The notes under the pieces were generated by a model, which was given only the letters and a program-made list of their open reading frames with translations, had not been told where the DNA came from and made no database searches. Source: Eukaryota sp. TZLM1-RC (Eukaryota > Protista > Metamonada: BaSk clade). From it: a stretch of DNA of 64,000 nucleotides. Below are positions 60,197 through 64,000 of this stretch, one piece after another. Position 1 is the stretch's first letter; the number at the start of each line of letters is the position of its first letter. The translations under genes were made by a program, and so were the position numbers. The DNA is taken from the NCBI GenBank assembly GCA_040285825.1, contig JAUPSS010000007.1, positions 2,144,689-2,208,688 on the forward strand, written 5' to 3'.

Positions 60197-61079
60197 TAGA
60201 TGTTGTCTATAACAATGAAATAAGTGTCCTTTTTACAGCGATGCAAATGGACTGAGTTTTTAAGAATGACTTTCTTCTTCACACCACCCTTTCATTGAAC
60301 CTTTTCATTCACCGTGTTTTTGAGAAGATTGACTCCTTTTTCATTTGTTGAATATTTCTGAGTTTTATTGTAAATGTATTTTGTAAATTTATGGTCTTTT
60401 GAAACCTTCAACAAACATGGCTATTTGCAGGTATATTGGTCTATCTACACTATCTACATGTGTTTCCATCACTTTCATTTTATTCAGACAAGCATTGCGA
60501 CCTCTGTTCCACAAACTTTCCAATGAGGAATAGATACGTCATGTATCGTCCAGAACCTGGAATTCCTGCACCATGGAATTTTTCAACTGTTTTCTCCGTT
60601 TTCTTACAATTGAAACAGCAACAACAGGTTCAAAACTCATCTAATAAGAGGACCTTAAATTCAGCCTGTAAAATTTCAGTTCTCAAACTGTTTGCTTTCA
60701 TAGGTTTTTTAGTTTTTTGTTTCATGTGTTCGCTGGTGCCAGTCCACAATTCCAATAACAACTTGGATTGAGTCACTAATTACTGATATGAATATTGTAT
60801 CATTTTTGCCTTAGATCGTGTGCGTTTTATCTCAGCCCACCATCTCAGTTTGCTAAATTTCATGCTAAATATCACCAAGTAATACTGTGAAATCATTAAT
60901 ATTGTTCAAGATTCTCCTTAAATCTCTCAAATCTGAAGCTTTTGGATTTGAGCTGGGATAAAATTCCCATTCTGCTACAGATTTAGTTGTTTGATCATTA
61001 TTATTCCAAGTTCAATGAGTTTCATTCCGTATATTATCTTTTTCTTCTTTTTTAAAACTACTTCATTTATTACTTCCAC

Positions 61080-61810
61080 AATATATGAAAATGATTTTCT
61101 TGAAAGTATTCACTCATTGTTATTGAAAAAAGATCTATGTGAGAATTAGTCATACAAAATTCTGTAAAATTCTGCACGATTGTTCCCTATTCTATTCTTG
61201 TTTTTGCGAAGGTTTGGCCTCTTTAACAGTACTGAAGGGTGTAACAAAATGAGATTACATGTGAGTATTTTAATGGTCCAACTTCTGTTCAAAGCCAACT
61301 GTATTTGTTCTAATTCATTACAGCTCCTGTTACATCATATTGTCAATTATTATTAATTCATAACGTTTCGGTCTTCATTACATGATGCTGTCGAAGAAAC
61401 AATTTTCAATATGGCAAGAAATGCAAGTATCAAAGAGCCCTTGCTTAGAGTAACTATACATTATCATTCTATCATTGGAAAGTTTTGGTTTTGATGACAG
61501 ATGTGTCACTTACTGCCATTGAAATGATTATTGTAAAGTTATTGTTGCGTTTGTTTCACGTAATGTTGCAAATGAAAATTTGGTTTAGAGAAAAAGCCTA
61601 AATCCTATAGATACACATGAACTGAAAGCAAAAGGAAAGCAGATGTGATAATATTGAAGAAGCAGATGCTGGTATAAATAATCAACTTGTATTTATGTTT
61701 TCACATATTCTATCAACGGAACACTATCAGTAGAAAGGGCAATTTTTTGAATGGCTTCCAAAGAATGGTTCAAGAAATAAACGAAAAAGAGCAAGAATAA
61801 ATAGAATAAA
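61080..61810 (+). mobile_element. Highly decayed CRE family A 3' part
   Basis: HSLLLKK, RRFGL, FRSSLHDAV, KEPLL, NVANENLV remnants. Confidence 0.75.
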
Positions 61811-61999
61811 TGTATCTTTTGATGATGTTCGCCATTTCTAGTGCTGTGATTTTTAATTAAGTGTTGAAAAAAGTTTGATTATTACCAACTTTTGTTTGAA
61901 TCCCCAATAGTTTGGATAATAAAAATGCATTGAATTTTGCCAAAAGGTAGTTGATATATTCTGACCTTTACATCAACATTTTTTCACTCATTTATTGAT

Positions 62000-62274
62000 T
62001 CAGTGGTGATGTAGCTTCAACATCGAGGGTAAAGACAGAATCTGACTTCCACCAAGAACACGGAGTACAAGATGCAGAGTGGATTCCTTTTGAATATTGT
62101 AATCTTGTAGAATGTGATCATCTTGCAGTTGTTTTCCTTCAAATATGAGACGTTGTAGATTCACAGGAATTCCTGCCTTTTCTTCGACTTTAGACTTTGC
62201 CGTCTCAGTGGTATCAAATTCTTCAACATCTAGGGTGATTGTCTTGCCAGTGATGGACTTACAAAAATTTGCAT
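62000..62274 (-). pseudogene. Divergent ubiquitin-like unit plus a decayed start of a second unit
   Basis: MQIFV / [47 protein letters not shown] with a 1-nt frameshift after codon 5. Followed by SQIL and, in another frame, FTLDVE. Confidence 0.8.
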
Positions 62275-62769
62275 CATTGAGAATTTGAAATTTTGATGCA
62301 AATTCAACTAACACAGATAAATAAAGGTATCAGGGATATCCTTATTATCAACACTAGATATCTTCATCAATTGGAAGTCAAAGTGGTGTTGATACGATCT
62401 AGAGTATATATCACCGAAGCTAATCACACCGAAATTGCAACAAGTCTATCACATTCTGCACCAGAGAAAACATCATCTACGTTCAGGGCGGGGGTAGCCT
62501 GTGTGGGAATGCAAAATTAATAACAGCAGAGTTATATCCACTAAAACAAAGACTCCTAAAACTAGAAGAAAAATAATCCTACTATACAATTCTCATGAAT
62601 ACAATTTGTTCAATGAAGGTTAACTGATGATGCCTGTGAATCTCATACGCTCTGTTCACGTCTTGCTACTTCATTTTCATTATTTCATTAAATACCCTGT
62701 TCTCCATTGCTTTACGTTTATTGTTTTGTTTTACGTTTAATATTTTGTTTTTGGGAAAAATGGATTATG

Positions 62770-64000
62770 TTTTTTATTCATCTTGCACACTTAATTAAAT
62801 TAACTCATAACTAATGGGACGAAATTCATTGAACCAAGATTTTCTCTACAAACTCTTGATCTGCTTGCTGTCTAGCTAAAGTTTCTCTTATTCGATTGAA
62901 AACCGAGGTAATCTATTAATAATGGCAAATTGAATTCGAGAGCGCTTTAAAAAAATATCAAATTTTTTCATTGTTTTTTCTTGAACCAATTTTTGGAAAT
63001 CATTCAAAAAAGTTACTGCTTCTACTGATAGTCTTTTGTTTATCGAAAATGGGAAAGCAATAAAACAAGTGGTCTATTTCTATCAGCATTAGCTTCTTCG
63101 ATATCTTTGTCATATTTTCTATGTTTTTCTTTAGCTTAAAATTCAAGAGCACTTACAGGATTAAGTTTTCTTCTTTGAACCAAAGTGTCATTTGCAACAT
63201 TACATGAGACAAAGTCAACAATAGCTTCCGACTTATCCATCCAATCACAGTATACATCACCTCTATCATCAGAACCAAAATTATTTAGAGACAGTGTTTC
63301 CTTCAGGAGAGGCTCTTTGATGCACGATATTCTTGCAGTTTGTGCCATATTGAAAACAGTGTCTCTAACAGCATCATGTAATGACGAACGAAAAGTCCTC
63401 AATTTCGAACAATTTAGAGCATGGCGTAAAGTGTGATGAGGTGAATTAGAACAAATACATTTTTCTTATGATAATAATTGATTAATGGGGAAATTCAAAT
63501 ATAATTTCATTTTTTGTTACAAATACTTCATTAGTAGCACACAGTCCAAATTTTCGTGGTACAATGGTTACAAACAATGAAGAATCTGATGACTTGCTTT
63601 CACAAACACCCATTTTCCAATAACAATGAGTGAAGATTTTGATTTAATACGGACGAGCTGCATATATTATTATAAAGATCTTTTTCATACATTCCAGTCA
63701 ATCGTTTCTGTAATGTTCGAAGAGTGTATTTTAAATTTAGAAAATTCTTTTCCGGAATATTGTCATTGAATGATTGGGGAAAGCATCGACCTTATTTTTC
63801 TACATCAATTTTTGAAATTTTTTCATTTAATGCAAAAACAGTGGAACTTTGCGATGTCATTAAATATTCCCCATCGGCAAATCTTTCAGAAAACTCAAAT
63901 ATTGCATTTCTGCATCCACCGATTGAAGCACATGAAGTAGCAAAAGAGGCCTTTGTCTAACCTAAACCGCCATAATGTGGACTAAGATAAGCATGATCAG
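62770..64000 (-). mobile_element. CRE family A copy, 3' part (runs off the window end)
   Basis: Reverse-complement similarity to about 2155-3390, including the 3' UTR. Multiple small indels. Confidence 0.92.

Noticed and set aside
60436-60771. 111-aa ORF
   Set aside because: Non-ATG start, no motif, intergenic-like composition.

Overview
AT-rich eukaryotic genomic DNA using the standard code. It has very short GT-AG introns (28-31 nt), flagellar/cytoskeletal genes and bacterial-type enzymes, which suggests a flagellated protist, possibly a metamonad (inference only). About 11 host genes are present: GlpT/OPA-type MFS transporter, TTC29-like, SF-assemblin-like, Afi1/DENN-like, ankyrin, LRR-like, bacterial-type ManC, Nup54-like, M28 peptidase, CEP76/CC2D2A-like and a ubiquitin-like locus. 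They sit in a dense, nested transposon landscape: one near-complete and about 14 partial CRE-type (RT + restriction-like endonuclease) non-LTR elements, two near-complete chromodomain-bearing Ty3/Gypsy elements, a gag-only LTR element, a Gypsy relic and a hAT-like shell. Main points: (1) two decayed copies of a Fanzor1 (eukaryotic TnpB/Cas12 relative) share a structured 3' end (candidate omegaRNA). Both have Asn at the RuvC-III Asp, and one ends on the ATG of the M28 peptidase gene. (2) Both Gypsy elements lack a recognisable tRNA primer-binding site and have the same CA-[8-nt palindrome]-TG hairpin at the LTR/leader junction. (3) Gypsy-2 carries an unexplained ~495-aa open insert between RNase H and integrase. 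(4) Gypsy-1 has identical LTRs only 79 bp long. Many frameshifts fall in homopolymers and may be assembly errors. All protein family calls come from motif recognition, not database searches.
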